Shown: positions 20,119 through 29,931 of the stretch, piece after piece
Layout: each line of letters opens with the position of its first letter
How positions within the stretch are numbered: the first letter of the stretch is position 1
Virus record (IMG/VR): IMGVR_UViG_3300028394_000034
Source: a virus
Direction: 5' to 3' (one strand)
DNA: 64,000 bases
Position numbers and translations under genes: made by a program
The notes under the pieces: generated by a model
Databases searched by the model: none
Seen by the model: the letters and a program-made list of their open reading frames with translations, nothing else
Told to the model about the DNA's origin: nothing

Positions 20119-20825
20119 AAATTATGAATAAATTAGCAATTATTACAGTATTATTTGATTATCCTGAGCATTTTAAACCAACATTTGAAGATAAGCTTTT
20201 AAAAGATATAGATTCTAAAGACTACTATATTATTAGATATAGAAGTGATGATTATGGAATATCTAATGAAAGTTATTATTTCAAATTTACATTTTACAGA
20301 ATCAAAGAGATAGTGAAATTTATAAAAGAGAATATTTTAAATCAATACAAATATTTTATTCTATTAGATGCTACAGATGTAGGCTATGTTGGAGGGATAA
20401 ATAATGTTCCTGAGATTATGAAGAACTACGATTGCAATATTCTGTTTGGAGCAGAAAGAAATCTTTGGCCTGATACTCAGTACAGTCATCTTTATCCCAG
20501 TAAGAATGTGCAGAGTCCTTATAAATTTCTAAATGCCGGTGCTTTCTGTGCTAAAACAGATTCATTTCTAGAGCATATAGATAATATCTTAAAAAGAGGA
20601 CTTATTCATTTGTGTGATCAAGGAAACTGGCAAATTGAATATTTACTAAATTCAGATATTCAAATAGATTATAAAAATCAATTGGTATTAAATACTTTCT
20701 TAGCCAAACCAGATATTATAGTTGATAATAGTAAAATTGAATTTTTAAATTCTATACCAATTTTTGTTCATGACAATGGGGGCTATAATGAAGATACTAT
20801 TAAACTAATGGAGTACTTCAGATGA
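20106..20825 (+). CDS. PLOD/lysyl-hydroxylase-type glycosyltransferase domain protein
   Basis: ILLDATDV, ILFGAERNLWP, YKFLNAGAF, CDQG, FVHDNG. Confidence 0.65.
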   Translation: MEYLKIMNKLAIITVLFDYPEHFKPTFEDKLLKDIDSKDYYIIRYRSDDYGISNESYYFKFTFYRIKEIVKFIKENILNQYKYFILLDATDVGYVGGINNVPEIMKNYDCNILFGAERNLWPDTQYSHLYPSKNVQSPYKFLNAGAFCAKTDSFLEHIDNILKRGLIHLCDQGNWQIEYLLNSDIQIDYKNQLVLNTFLAKPDIIVDNSKIEFLNSIPIFVHDNGGYNEDTIKLMEYFR

Positions 20826-21808
20826 AAACTATCAGAATAACAAGACAAGGATTTCCTAATCACGGACAACATAGCTGGATTAATTATTTCAAGTTTATCT
20901 TGTCTAAAAGATATAATGTACTAATTGACTCAAAAAATCCAGATATTGTGATACAGACAAATCTTGGTTATAATGAAAATGAGATAGATTCATATACTAA
21001 TCAAATGCCTCCCAAATTTTCTTTAGAAGAAGAAAAAAATATTAAATTTTTATATGTATCAGGAGAAGTTTCAGATTTTCATAGCATCGTAGAATCTAGT
21101 CCAAACAGGTGGTCTATTGGATATAGTAAATTTGATCATCAAAGATATTTGAGACAGCCATCTTGTGTTTTTGATATTTGGACATTATTTGATGAATCAA
21201 GACTAGTTGATTCTCCATTAAACTGGCTCACAGAAACAAGAAATTTTGATAAAATCTCAAAGAGAAATACAAGATTTTGCTCAATAACTCAAGCTTCTCA
21301 TAATGACTTTAGAGAAATAATTTTCAATAAACTTTGCGAATATAAAACAGTAACTTCTTCTGGTCCTTGGAAACAAAATATTGATCAAAAAGAAGAATTG
21401 AATAAGTATAGATGGTTAGCTGCTGAATACATTGGAAGAAATGATGGACTTACTTATAGAGAGAAGATTGAATTTTTCCAAAAATATAAATTCAATATAG
21501 CTATACATTATACAAATACTGATTATATCGTACAAGAAAAAATTATACACGCTTTTTTTTCTGGTGCTATTCCTATTTTCTTTGGGAATAAGCTCATACT
21601 AGAAGAAGGATTTAATCCGGATAGCTTCATCAATCTGCATAATTTTGATGATTTAAATAGTTTTTTAGAGCTTGTCAAAAAAATAGATTCTGATCATAGT
21701 CTATATAGAAAATATATAGAAGCCCCAATCTTTTTAGATAATAAACTGCCAGAATATTATGATTTTGATTATACTCTTAATTTCTTAGAAAAAATAGTTG
21801 AGGCATAA
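20822..21808 (+). CDS. GT10 alpha-1,3-fucosyltransferase-like protein
   Basis: KIEFFQKYKFNIAI, YIVQEKI, AIPIFFG, FNPDSFIN. Confidence 0.75.
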   Translation: MKTIRITRQGFPNHGQHSWINYFKFILSKRYNVLIDSKNPDIVIQTNLGYNENEIDSYTNQMPPKFSLEEEKNIKFLYVSGEVSDFHSIVESSPNRWSIGYSKFDHQRYLRQPSCVFDIWTLFDESRLVDSPLNWLTETRNFDKISKRNTRFCSITQASHNDFREIIFNKLCEYKTVTSSGPWKQNIDQKEELNKYRWLAAEYIGRNDGLTYREKIEFFQKYKFNIAIHYTNTDYIVQEKIIHAFFSGAIPIFFGNKLILEEGFNPDSFINLHNFDDLNSFLELVKKIDSDHSLYRKYIEAPIFLDNKLPEYYDFDYTLNFLEKIVEA

Positions 21809-22513
21809 ATGAAATATTTTTTTACTACACTTGCAATAGGTCAAAAATATTACGACTCTGCTATAAACTTTAGTAATAAGCTTATGGATTTAGATCCAAA
21901 TATTCTTAGAGTTATAGTGTCAGATATAGAAACAGAACATCCTTCTAATACAAAAATAATAAAAGTTGAAAACAATACTCAATTTACAGTACGTAATACA
22001 TTTAATTACAATTTAAAATATTTAGCTATCAAAGAAGCTATTAACTTTGCCAGTGAATATATTATATTTACGGATGCAGATTGGATAATCTCTAATGAGT
22101 ACGACAAAGCTAAAATTATTAAATTTTTAGAAGATAGTAGTCCAGAAATAGATTTTTTCTTTGAAAGACCGCACGCCATAGGAGACTCCAAAAGAGATTT
22201 GAACAATTGTTTTTGGAGACATAAGATAGAACCATATGGACTAGCAGATATTCATGACTATGATAAAGCACATGTTTGTAATGAGCAATTTATGATTTTC
22301 AAAAATAATGATAAACTTAAAAACTTTGTTAATTTTTGGTCATCTAGAAACCAATTTTGTATAGATAAAAATGTCTGGACTTTTGCAGAAGGTGTGGAGA
22401 TAGGGATGAGTGCGATGGATGCAGATATGAAATCTGACTGGAGTTGTTTTCGTATCATTGAAAATTGTTTTGAATTTTACGATGTATGTGGTAATCACTA
22501 TACAAGGTTTTAA
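21809..22513 (+). CDS. Putative GT-A glycosyltransferase
   Basis: IIFTDADW DxD motif; cluster context. Confidence 0.5.
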   Translation: MKYFFTTLAIGQKYYDSAINFSNKLMDLDPNILRVIVSDIETEHPSNTKIIKVENNTQFTVRNTFNYNLKYLAIKEAINFASEYIIFTDADWIISNEYDKAKIIKFLEDSSPEIDFFFERPHAIGDSKRDLNNCFWRHKIEPYGLADIHDYDKAHVCNEQFMIFKNNDKLKNFVNFWSSRNQFCIDKNVWTFAEGVEIGMSAMDADMKSDWSCFRIIENCFEFYDVCGNHYTRF

Positions 22514-22516
22514 ATT

Positions 22517-23155
22517 ATGATTAATACTAATAGTATAAATAAAAAAATAGATTTAGATAATAATGATGGATTATCTCAAGTAATGGGACTAGCTGCTCAA
22601 CAGCATCACGAAGCTTTCTTTGTTTTTTATGATGTATTAAAAATGATACGACCATCTAATATTCTTGAAATAGGAACAGCCTTAGGTGGTTTTACTGAAT
22701 TTTTATGTTTGGCTTGTAAAGATTTAAATATTGATTGTAAAATATTATCATATGACATAAATAATCATTCTTGGTATAATGAGATAGAACAAAAAGGAGC
22801 AACTATCAAAGTTGAAAATATTTTTTTTAATGACTATACAGAAGTAAAACAAGAAGCTATAGATTTTATTAAAAATGATGGACTGACTTTAGTTTTGTGT
22901 GATGGAGGGAACAAAATTGGAGAATTCAATATATTAAGCAAGTTTTTGAAGGAAAATGATATTATCATGGCCCATGACTATGCATCTTCTATAGAGTATT
23001 TTAATTCTGAAATAAGAGGAAAGAGATGGAATTGGCACGAAATAGAATATAGTCATATCAAAGAAGCATGTGAAAAGAATAACCTATCACCATTCATGAA
23101 GGAAAAATTTGATCCAATTGTTTGGTGTTGTTTTATGAAAGAAAAAACTTTATGA
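22517..23155 (+). CDS. Class I SAM methyltransferase (CmcI-like)
   Basis: ILEIGTALGG, LVLCDGG, IIMAHD. Confidence 0.7.
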   Translation: MINTNSINKKIDLDNNDGLSQVMGLAAQQHHEAFFVFYDVLKMIRPSNILEIGTALGGFTEFLCLACKDLNIDCKILSYDINNHSWYNEIEQKGATIKVENIFFNDYTEVKQEAIDFIKNDGLTLVLCDGGNKIGEFNILSKFLKENDIIMAHDYASSIEYFNSEIRGKRWNWHEIEYSHIKEACEKNNLSPFMKEKFDPIVWCCFMKEKTL

Positions 23156-23796
23156 TAAATTCAAAGATAGCAAATCTTCTACTCAATAGACCTAATAATT
23201 TTGTAGATTCTAGTATTATTTCTCTAGATCAAGTTAGAATATTAATATCTTTACTTGAAAATACTCTTGTAAATAAAATTCCAGGAGACATTACAGAATT
23301 CGGTTGTTATATAGGAGAATCATCAAAATACATACGAATGATGCTAGACTATTATAGGTCCCAAAAAGAACTATACGTGTACGATTCATTTGAAGGACTT
23401 CCTGCTTTAAGCAAATATGAAGAGAATACAGGGTGGAGAGAAGGAACTCTTAAAACTAGTCAAGAAGTATTAGAACAAAACTTTTTAAATAATGGACTTA
23501 GACCTCCAATATCTTTCAAGTCATGGTTCAAAGATGTTCCAGATAATAAAATTCCTGAAATTATTTCTTTTGCTTTCTTAGATGGAGATTTTTACGATAG
23601 TATTTACGATAGTTTGTCTAAGGTATTTGACAAAGTTTCTGCTGGAGGAATAATAGCATTTCATGATTATGAAAGAACAGATTTGCCTGGAGTAAAAGCT
23701 GCTGTAGATAATTTCTTAAAAGAAAAAAATATACCAACCAACTCATATCTACAATTTAAAATTTTCCACGAACTCGGAGTATTAATAAAAATATAA
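23122..23796 (+). CDS. TylF/MycF-family O-methyltransferase
   Basis: IPGDITEFG, YDSFEGLP, WFKD, FLDGDFYDS, GGIIAFHDY. Confidence 0.85.
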   Translation: MVLFYERKNFMINSKIANLLLNRPNNFVDSSIISLDQVRILISLLENTLVNKIPGDITEFGCYIGESSKYIRMMLDYYRSQKELYVYDSFEGLPALSKYEENTGWREGTLKTSQEVLEQNFLNNGLRPPISFKSWFKDVPDNKIPEIISFAFLDGDFYDSIYDSLSKVFDKVSAGGIIAFHDYERTDLPGVKAAVDNFLKEKNIPTNSYLQFKIFHELGVLIKI

Positions 23797-23841
23797 AACG
23801 TAAACATTGGCCCAGAGTAGATTTTCGTTTACAATGAGTCT

Positions 23842-24279
23842 GTGTATGTAGATAGGGTATTAAAAAATATTGGAAAGGTATTCATTATGTTTAGGGTTTT
23901 TTTGTTTTTATTCTTATTGAGTATTGCTAATATCTCATACTCTCAAAATCCTTATGATTCTATAGGGAACAGCTTGCAGGCAATACTAAATATAGCATCT
24001 ACTGCGAATCAAGGAGCATCCAATGGACAAGCTGCTATAATTAATGCTCAAGGAAATTATGAATTAAAACATTCTCAAGCTCTTATTAATGTCGAAGAAG
24101 CCAGCACCCTGCATATGCAAAATAGAATAAGGTATGCTCAAACATATTTTGAAATGAGACAAATCAATAGATATTACAGAGACTTAGAAGCTTGGCAATA
24201 TCAAGAGAAACAATATCTAAAAAGATATGGTATTTATGACAGAGAAAATATCGAAAAACTTTATGGAATTAGAAGATAG
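23842..24279 (+). CDS. Predicted secreted protein
   Basis: Signal-peptide-like FRVFLFLFLLSIANISYSQ; true start probably the internal Met. Confidence 0.6.
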   Translation: MYVDRVLKNIGKVFIMFRVFLFLFLLSIANISYSQNPYDSIGNSLQAILNIASTANQGASNGQAAIINAQGNYELKHSQALINVEEASTLHMQNRIRYAQTYFEMRQINRYYRDLEAWQYQEKQYLKRYGIYDRENIEKLYGIRR

Positions 24280-25215
24280 TTAAAGTACAGGATATAATAT
24301 TCCATAACCTTCGTATTTTTTAATACCAGAATATTTAGGATCAGTTAGATGTTTAGCTTTATTCTTAAATACATTTACATAGTCTTCTGTTGAGTTTAAC
24401 ATTTCGCTTTGTGCTGAATATTTTATTTGTCTAGCATAGGATAAAAATAAAGCAGCACAACCAACCGCAAATGGATTGCTCATACTTGTACCACTCATCA
24501 TAGCATAATTACCTCCAGGAACACAACTTATTATTTCATGTCCAGGAGCTAAAAAGTCTAAGGTTTCTCCGCTACAAGTAAAATTTGTTCTATTTAAATC
24601 TTTATCTATAGCCCCTATTGCTATGGTATGATTAAATTTTGCGGGATACATAATATCTGCTTGCTCTCCCGAGTTTCCTGCGGCACAAAAAATAATAACT
24701 CCTTTAGATGCAGCATAATTTATAGCACTCTCTAAATCTGGGTGAGGATTAGGAGATCCTAAAGACATAGTTATTAAATCGGCATTATTGTCAACGGACC
24801 ACAAAATTGCGCTGACTACTGTTTGTATGTCTCCTGACCCATCATCTTTTAAAGCCTTTACTGGCATTATTTTTGCGTCTGGAGCTACTCCTACCATTCC
24901 TACTCCATTATTTTCAGCAGCTATCGTTCCTGCAACGTGTGTTCCATGACCATTTCTATCAATAGGATCTTTATTTTTTTCTACAAAATTTTTACCTTGG
25001 ATTATATTATTCTTGATATCAGGATGATCAATATCACACCCAGTATCTATCACTGCAACAGTAACTCCTTTTCCAGTAGAATGTTTCCATTGATTTTCTA
25101 TATTGAATTTTTTAATTTCCCAACCAATAAACTGACCAGAGTTAGTTGATAGTCCATAGATATTCTCTCTGATATAAGGCAATAGACCACATTTATTTTT
25201 ATTGTTTCTTATCAC
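24280..25215 (-). CDS. Subtilisin-like serine protease (S8)
   Basis: VAVIDTG, HGTHVAG, AAGN, GTSMS: intact triad. Confidence 0.92.
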   Translation of the reverse strand: MIRNNKNKCGLLPYIRENIYGLSTNSGQFIGWEIKKFNIENQWKHSTGKGVTVAVIDTGCDIDHPDIKNNIIQGKNFVEKNKDPIDRNGHGTHVAGTIAAENNGVGMVGVAPDAKIMPVKALKDDGSGDIQTVVSAILWSVDNNADLITMSLGSPNPHPDLESAINYAASKGVIIFCAAGNSGEQADIMYPAKFNHTIAIGAIDKDLNRTNFTCSGETLDFLAPGHEIISCVPGGNYAMMSGTSMSNPFAVGCAALFLSYARQIKYSAQSEMLNSTEDYVNVFKNKAKHLTDPKYSGIKKYEGYGILYPVL

Positions 25216-25955
25216 TTACAAGCCTCCATTGTTTCTTTAATCCATTTAGAATATAGACTAACTCTAGTATGACAACTTTGATCTGTATATGTTCCATTTG
25301 GTTTTCCATCTTTTGCTATTATTGAAGAATGGATTCCAGCGAGTTTGCCGTCTATAAAAAGACCACCCCCACTGTCACCACTAGCAATTAAATACTCAAG
25401 CTCTGTGGCTTTCTCATGCTTCCTAGAAGGAGAACAGAGTAATACTCGTCGCTCAGTTCCATCAACAAAATTAGAACCAGCCCTACGCTTACGATCAGAT
25501 ATATTTGCTCCACTATCAAAAGTCCCAGTAAGACCCCAACCAGAAAGAGAACATACTTTACCCACTTCATCATCAGATTCATACAATAATGGATAGCTAT
25601 TAAATACTAATTCTTTTTCGCTGTAACCTAAAGCAATATCATCATATCCAAAAAGTTCAGTTTGATAATTAGGATTTAAAATAACTTTAGACAAAGGATA
25701 TTCTTCGCCATCAATAATTACTGTCCAAGTTTGGCAATTCTCTACAACATGAGCAGCAGTAATAATCCAATGACGATCTATAACAACAGCAGATCCGGAA
25801 GAATTACCCTTACCATCAAAACAAGAAATAGATACTGTATGTCTAAACTTTTCTCCGTACTCTAGATATTTAGAGTCTGGAGTATTTGGATCAATAGTTC
25901 CAGCGAAAGAAGAAGAAAAGAGAAAAATCCCCAGAAGAAAAGTGAATGCTTTCAT
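25212..25955 (-). CDS. Trypsin-like serine protease (S1) with signal peptide
   Basis: ITAAHVV, DDIAL, GDSGGGL. Confidence 0.9.
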   Translation of the reverse strand: MKAFTFLLGIFLFSSSFAGTIDPNTPDSKYLEYGEKFRHTVSISCFDGKGNSSGSAVVIDRHWIITAAHVVENCQTWTVIIDGEEYPLSKVILNPNYQTELFGYDDIALGYSEKELVFNSYPLLYESDDEVGKVCSLSGWGLTGTFDSGANISDRKRRAGSNFVDGTERRVLLCSPSRKHEKATELEYLIASGDSGGGLFIDGKLAGIHSSIIAKDGKPNGTYTDQSCHTRVSLYSKWIKETMEACK

Positions 25956-25979
25956 GAGTCATTCCTTTGAACTATATAA

Positions 25980-26285
25980 CTAAGGTCTATTTTTTACCTT
26001 ACTTAAATACACCGAACAATCTTCGATGACCGATTTATTATAACTTTTGAAGTTCAGTAAATGACCAAATAATAGATGACAAGGATCAGCACACAAAGTA
26101 ACCAGATTTGAAGGGTCCAATTCAAGTTCTGGACTAATATGTACTGGAGTTTTATGATGAACTTCTAATTTTTTATCTCTACCACAAGCTATACAACAAG
26201 GATTTTCTTTTAGATGTTGTTTTCTTACTTCAGTCCACTTAGATGATCTTGTTGCATATCTTAGTTTATTCAGAAAGCCAAACAT
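25980..26285 (-). CDS. HNH endonuclease
   Basis: CIACG...LEVHH...NLVTLC..CHLLFGH. Confidence 0.8.
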   Translation of the reverse strand: MFGFLNKLRYATRSSKWTEVRKQHLKENPCCIACGRDKKLEVHHKTPVHISPELELDPSNLVTLCADPCHLLFGHLLNFKSYNKSVIEDCSVYLSKVKNRP

Positions 26286-27286
26286 TATAATACTTTAGCT
26301 GCTATTAAACAGCCTTTAGCAACAGCGTGTAATGGATCTGCTGCATGTTTTACTTCTTTAATTTGTAGAGGAAAACCATTTGCTTCTAATTTTTTAGCAA
26401 ATAGTTCTATGTATCCCTTAGCTTGAGAAGTTCCTCCAGCAACTACTATAGTCAAAGGATTTTTAAATTTCGGTAATGACTTGTGGTTTGATAAAGCGTG
26501 TGATAATTGCTTTGTTGTATAATCTATTAATCTATCATAGTATGCAGACACGGCACCCAAAACAGGATTATCATTAGGTTCACCAATCGTGAAACCCCCA
26601 GCCTCTTTCTCTGCTTGTACAACACTATCTGGTTCTCCTGTGGCAACAGCACTCATACGATCAATCCAGTCTCCACTTTTAGTTGTGCTGAATACAACAG
26701 TAGGTTCACCATTTAACATTACACAAACATTTGTCATCCCAGCACCACAGCTAACTGCAATACCAGTATAATCTTCTGTATCTAATTCTGCATAGCAAAG
26801 AGCTTCCGCTTCATTAATAGCTTTTGCATTATAGCCACATTCACTTAGTATTGTTTTTACTACATCTTCATGATACCCAACATCAAAATCTTCATCTTCT
26901 TGATCAACTGGTTGAGCAGGGACGCAGAAAACAAGTTTTTCATTTTTCTTTGAAGCTTGTCCAGCTACTTCTTTAAGAATAAAAGCCAATACTTTCTTGG
27001 CATCTTTTTCTTTAGCGGAAACAACACCTTTATACATTGGTCTTTTTGCGGTATCATTTCTTTCAATTGCTTTTTCTATAGCGTCTTTTCCTAAAAGTAT
27101 GAAAGCCCCATCGCTATCTTTGATAAATACTTTACCGGCTAATCCTTTTTCTATCATCTTTGTGGCAACTGGTGTGCTTGGCTTGATAACATAGAAAGCA
27201 TCTCTAAAGTCTTTATAGACAATATTTTCTCCATCTTCTTTTGAAAGAACGATATAGCTTGTACCAACGTCTAATCCTGCTGCCAT
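26285..27286 (-). CDS. Actin-like ATPase (MreB/FtsA/ParM superfamily)
   Basis: Phosphate-1 GLDVGTS, connect-1 INEAEAL, phosphate-2 SCGAGMT, adenosine VVAGGTS, connect-2 DPLHAVAKG. Confidence 0.8.
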   Translation of the reverse strand: MAAGLDVGTSYIVLSKEDGENIVYKDFRDAFYVIKPSTPVATKMIEKGLAGKVFIKDSDGAFILLGKDAIEKAIERNDTAKRPMYKGVVSAKEKDAKKVLAFILKEVAGQASKKNEKLVFCVPAQPVDQEDEDFDVGYHEDVVKTILSECGYNAKAINEAEALCYAELDTEDYTGIAVSCGAGMTNVCVMLNGEPTVVFSTTKSGDWIDRMSAVATGEPDSVVQAEKEAGGFTIGEPNDNPVLGAVSAYYDRLIDYTTKQLSHALSNHKSLPKFKNPLTIVVAGGTSQAKGYIELFAKKLEANGFPLQIKEVKHAADPLHAVAKGCLIAAKVL

Positions 27287-27289
27287 TTT

Positions 27290-27622
27290 TCACCTCTTCA
27301 TATTCTTAAGTTTATTTATAGAGTCGCTTATATTTTCTTCAGATTTTTTAATATCTCCTAAAGACTCATACTTCTTTTCCATTCCTTCTGTTTTGATATC
27401 GACAACATATTTTGTATCGTCAATAGTTAAGGTCTTTTTATCCTTCTTTGATTCTTCAAAAAAACTAGTAGGTCTTGTGTTAGTCATATGATTAAATACA
27501 CCAGTGTTTGACTGTTTTCCCATAAAATAGCCTATTAAAAACAAACACACCCCTAAAACTAGGAGTGTGCCTGTGAAAAAAATAATGGTTGGTAAATTTA
27601 TTGATATTGATATTTCATTCAT
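27290..27622 (-). CDS. Membrane-anchored hypothetical protein
   Basis: One N-terminal hydrophobic helix. Confidence 0.6.
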   Translation of the reverse strand: MNEISISINLPTIIFFTGTLLVLGVCLFLIGYFMGKQSNTGVFNHMTNTRPTSFFEESKKDKKTLTIDDTKYVVDIKTEGMEKKYESLGDIKKSEENISDSINKLKNMKR

Positions 27623-28532
27623 TTTTATATGAGCCTATCACTCTTCCCTTTTGGGTTCTAACAACAAAGCCTTTTCTTACCAAGTATGGTTCAATGCTAT
27701 TTTCAATAGTCTCAATAGCAATTCCAGTCAAGGAAGAAATGCTCTTTAGACCCAAAGCTGTTCCTTTAGATTCCAGTAACACCTTCAAATACATCTTATC
27801 ATACACATCCAAACCATCACGATCAACACCTTGGTTAACAAAAATATCATCAACTGTCATCTCTTTATCTGCATAATAAGAGACACAATTCTTATACCAT
27901 TGAAGTCTACCATTTAGAATACGTGGAGTACCCTTGCTTCTTCGTGCAATTTCCAGTAGATCATTATCGTCTATCATTAGTCCGAGCTTTTCAGCGTTTA
28001 ACCTTGCTAGTTTAGCTAGGTCATCATTACTATAAAAGCACAAATGTTCCTTAATTTGAAACCTATCATAAAAAGGCTGACTTAATGATCCACCACTAGT
28101 GGTTGCTCCTACCAAAGTAAATGTTGGCAACTCAATAGTTTCTGGCTTTTCTTTATCGTCATCTCCCTTAACAGTAATATTAAGAACAAAATCTTCCATC
28201 ACAGGATAAAGAAATTCTTCGACAATCTTTGGTAGTCTATGGATCTCATCAATAAATAGAACAGACCTTTTCTCCATACCCATAATGTATGGTAAAAGAT
28301 TCTTAATGCTACGAATAGTTGCTGCGTTTACAGTATATAGGTTAACGCCCATTTCGGTTGCAATAGCACTCGCTATAGTGGTCTTTCCTAGCCCCGGTGG
28401 GCCGTCTATTAAAACATGAGGCATCACACCAGCAGAGTTTTTACAACCGGCTACAATGATGCCTAGTCGCGTGACAACCTCTGACTGACCAATAATTTCA
28501 CTAAAACGAGTAGGTCGAATTGTATTAGCCAT
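27615..28532 (-). CDS. ruvB: Holliday junction branch-migration ATPase RuvB
   Basis: IRPTRFSEIIGQ, GPPGLGKTT, FIDEIHRL, GATT, DRF, SKGTPRI, IEPYLV...RTQKGR. Confidence 0.92.
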   Translation of the reverse strand: MANTIRPTRFSEIIGQSEVVTRLGIIVAGCKNSAGVMPHVLIDGPPGLGKTTIASAIATEMGVNLYTVNAATIRSIKNLLPYIMGMEKRSVLFIDEIHRLPKIVEEFLYPVMEDFVLNITVKGDDDKEKPETIELPTFTLVGATTSGGSLSQPFYDRFQIKEHLCFYSNDDLAKLARLNAEKLGLMIDDNDLLEIARRSKGTPRILNGRLQWYKNCVSYYADKEMTVDDIFVNQGVDRDGLDVYDKMYLKVLLESKGTALGLKSISSLTGIAIETIENSIEPYLVRKGFVVRTQKGRVIGSYKNE

Positions 28533-28580
28533 TTTTTCTCCAAAGTTTAACTAATTAAAAACGTATATCCAAAATAAATA

Positions 28581-29015
28581 TCAATCGGTCTCAGGCTTTT
28601 GATCTTTTTGATTAATCTCTTCTTTTACCCAAAAGATAAAATCATTTTGTTCACTATCATAAGCACTCTCCAAAACACCTTTATTCACCAAAACATTTAG
28701 TATATTACTAACCATCCTACCATTTAAATCTTCTATAATCTCACCTAAAATCTTATCATTAAGACAGTATCTAATTTCTTTGTTCTTCTTATTGATTTGC
28801 TTTTTTGCATGATTCTTGATTATGATAGATGCTTCTTCATGAGTTAAGGTTGCGTTCATTTCTTCTATTTCTGTCTTTGTCATATTAGATAAAGTAGCAG
28901 TTAAAGAATCACCAGCTATCTCATTTGTTTGTCCAAAAAATTTAAAGACTAAAGACCTAGCATGGTCAACAAATTCATTGAAATCATTTATAACAAACCA
29001 GTTTTCATTTTTCAT
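28581..29015 (-). CDS. Hypothetical protein (paralog family with 45172 and 45515)
   Basis: C-terminal LVNKGVLESAYDSEQNDFIFW motif. Confidence 0.65.
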   Translation of the reverse strand: MKNENWFVINDFNEFVDHARSLVFKFFGQTNEIAGDSLTATLSNMTKTEIEEMNATLTHEEASIIIKNHAKKQINKKNKEIRYCLNDKILGEIIEDLNGRMVSNILNVLVNKGVLESAYDSEQNDFIFWVKEEINQKDQKPETD

Positions 29016-29251
29016 TATACTAGTGTTTCTCCCTCATACTTGGGGATGCTTGTCCATTGTAGTTTAGCAGAAAAAGCTGTTTTGTACACAACAACAGTTC
29101 TGTCTGTTTTTTTATCTTTCTCTACTACCTTGAAGGGAATTCGCTTGTCCTCATTAATTGAGTTTTCTATGAAAGAAATACTATCAGACATAGTATTGCA
29201 AATCTTACTGACTATTTTTTCGTTAAAGTATATTTCAAAATATGTTGTCAT
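29015..29251 (-). CDS. Hypothetical protein
   Basis: ORF track; coupled. Confidence 0.55.
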   Translation of the reverse strand: MTTYFEIYFNEKIVSKICNTMSDSISFIENSINEDKRIPFKVVEKDKKTDRTVVVYKTAFSAKLQWTSIPKYEGETLV

Positions 29252-29502
29252 TTTTTCTTATTAAGCTCTGTTTGACAGTTATTGTGTTTGTCTACAAAAG
29301 TTCTTTCAAAACCTAGCTCTGCCAGTATTGGCATCTTATGAAATGTAATAGTAAATCTTACATTATTCTCATCGTCTGTCATTTTTGTCCATTCTACTCT
29401 TTGTGCTTTGCTCATATGAGTAGCTAAATCATAAGCAACATATGGAGTTTCAGTTAATGAACTGAAAAACATTGCTAAATATAGTAGTGCTGCTGGTAAC
29501 AT
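29248..29502 (-). CDS. Hypothetical protein
   Basis: ORF track; GGAG RBS. Confidence 0.6.
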   Translation of the reverse strand: MLPAALLYLAMFFSSLTETPYVAYDLATHMSKAQRVEWTKMTDDENNVRFTITFHKMPILAELGFERTFVDKHNNCQTELNKKK

Positions 29503-29511
29503 CCTTGTCCT

Positions 29512-29919
29512 CTAATTTAGAATATCGAACAGTCCCATATAGTAATTGGGCTGTTTCAAAAAGTGAACGGCATTTGCCACTAAATGATTTTTGTACTGAG
29601 TCTCCAACTTGTCATGTACAAAGTATTTGGTTTTATAAACTGGTTCTTTGTAATGATTGTTCCCCAAATACAGGGAGTTTTTGAAGCTCCCTGCATTGGA
29701 GAAGTAATCATTCACAGGTAACGACTTATCAAATCCAGGCCCAATATACCATACGTTAGAAGGATATTCAACTATGTCATTTAGAGCTTCGTATAGCATT
29801 TTACCCCAAGCATCCCAAGCATCGGGATCAAACTTGAAATAATTTTTATGCTGACTCTCTAAATTATCCTGACTACTATCATCATAGTCATCTTCATAGT
29901 TATCATCTTCTTGGTGCAT
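29512..29919 (-). CDS. Hypothetical acidic protein
   Basis: ORF track. Confidence 0.6.
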   Translation of the reverse strand: MHQEDDNYEDDYDDSSQDNLESQHKNYFKFDPDAWDAWGKMLYEALNDIVEYPSNVWYIGPGFDKSLPVNDYFSNAGSFKNSLYLGNNHYKEPVYKTKYFVHDKLETQYKNHLVANAVHFLKQPNYYMGLFDILN

Positions 29920-29931
29920 TTGATTTACCTT

